In this document: piece by piece, positions 63,861 to 64,000 of the stretch
Position numbering within the stretch: the stretch's first letter is position 1
Layout: every line of letters starts with the position of its first letter
Source of the DNA: Lama glama
Taxonomy: Eukaryota
Direction of reading: 5' to 3'
NCBI GenBank assembly: GCA_028534125.1
Contig: CM052816.1
Coordinates: forward strand, 46,998,001-47,062,000
Length of the DNA stretch: 64,000 bases
The notes under the pieces: model-generated
Told to the model about the DNA's origin: nothing
What the model saw: only the letters and a program-made list of their open reading frames with translations
Databases searched by the model: none
Program-made: the position numbers and the translations under genes

Positions 63861-64000
63861 GTCCTCCATCTTCAAGAGCCCTTGATCCTGAAATCCTTTT
63901 CTCCCCACCATTCTGCAAAGTAGAAAAACAAATTGGCTCTTGGATGTAGTAACATGGATGAACAATCTAAATAAATAATTGTCTATGATAAAGTACTTTT

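Noticed and set aside
1..64000. Short ORFs (60-148 aa) in the supplied track as host genes
   Set aside because: No recognisable domains and no chain of splice-compatible exons; lengths are as expected by chance, and many lie inside repeats.

Overview
This is AT-rich, repeat-strewn mammalian non-coding DNA (intergenic or deep intronic). I can support no host protein-coding exon. The ORF track is mostly noise; the recognisable peptides come from decayed elements (L1 ORF2 at 15.6-15.9 kb, L2 RT remnants, an MLT1 pseudo-translation), and I also read CR1 ORF2 motifs directly at 6.9 and 7.85 kb. One tRNA-derived SINE of Vic-1 type and artiodactyl-style L1 3' ends, with no Alu, Bov-tA/BovB, PRE1 or Can-SINE, point to a camelid genome (inference). 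Recognisable content: a near full-length 7SK retropseudogene with TSDs, a MER41-like solo LTR, a second ERV1-type solo LTR nested in an MLT1, several MaLR/ERVL LTRs, many MIR and L2 relics, a split CR1/L3 fossil, hAT MITEs (MER5A, MER3, MER58, MER94) and a Tigger1-derived MITE. The most interesting non-repeat signals are a perfect 21-bp inverted repeat of pre-miRNA size at 41211-41266 and a ~10 kb transposon-poor block (~31.3-41.4 kb) with CpG-retaining, motif-dense patches that resemble conserved enhancers. I found no convincing evidence of a novel multi-gene system. Repeat family names come from remembered consensus sequences, not a database search, and boundaries of old repeats are approximate.
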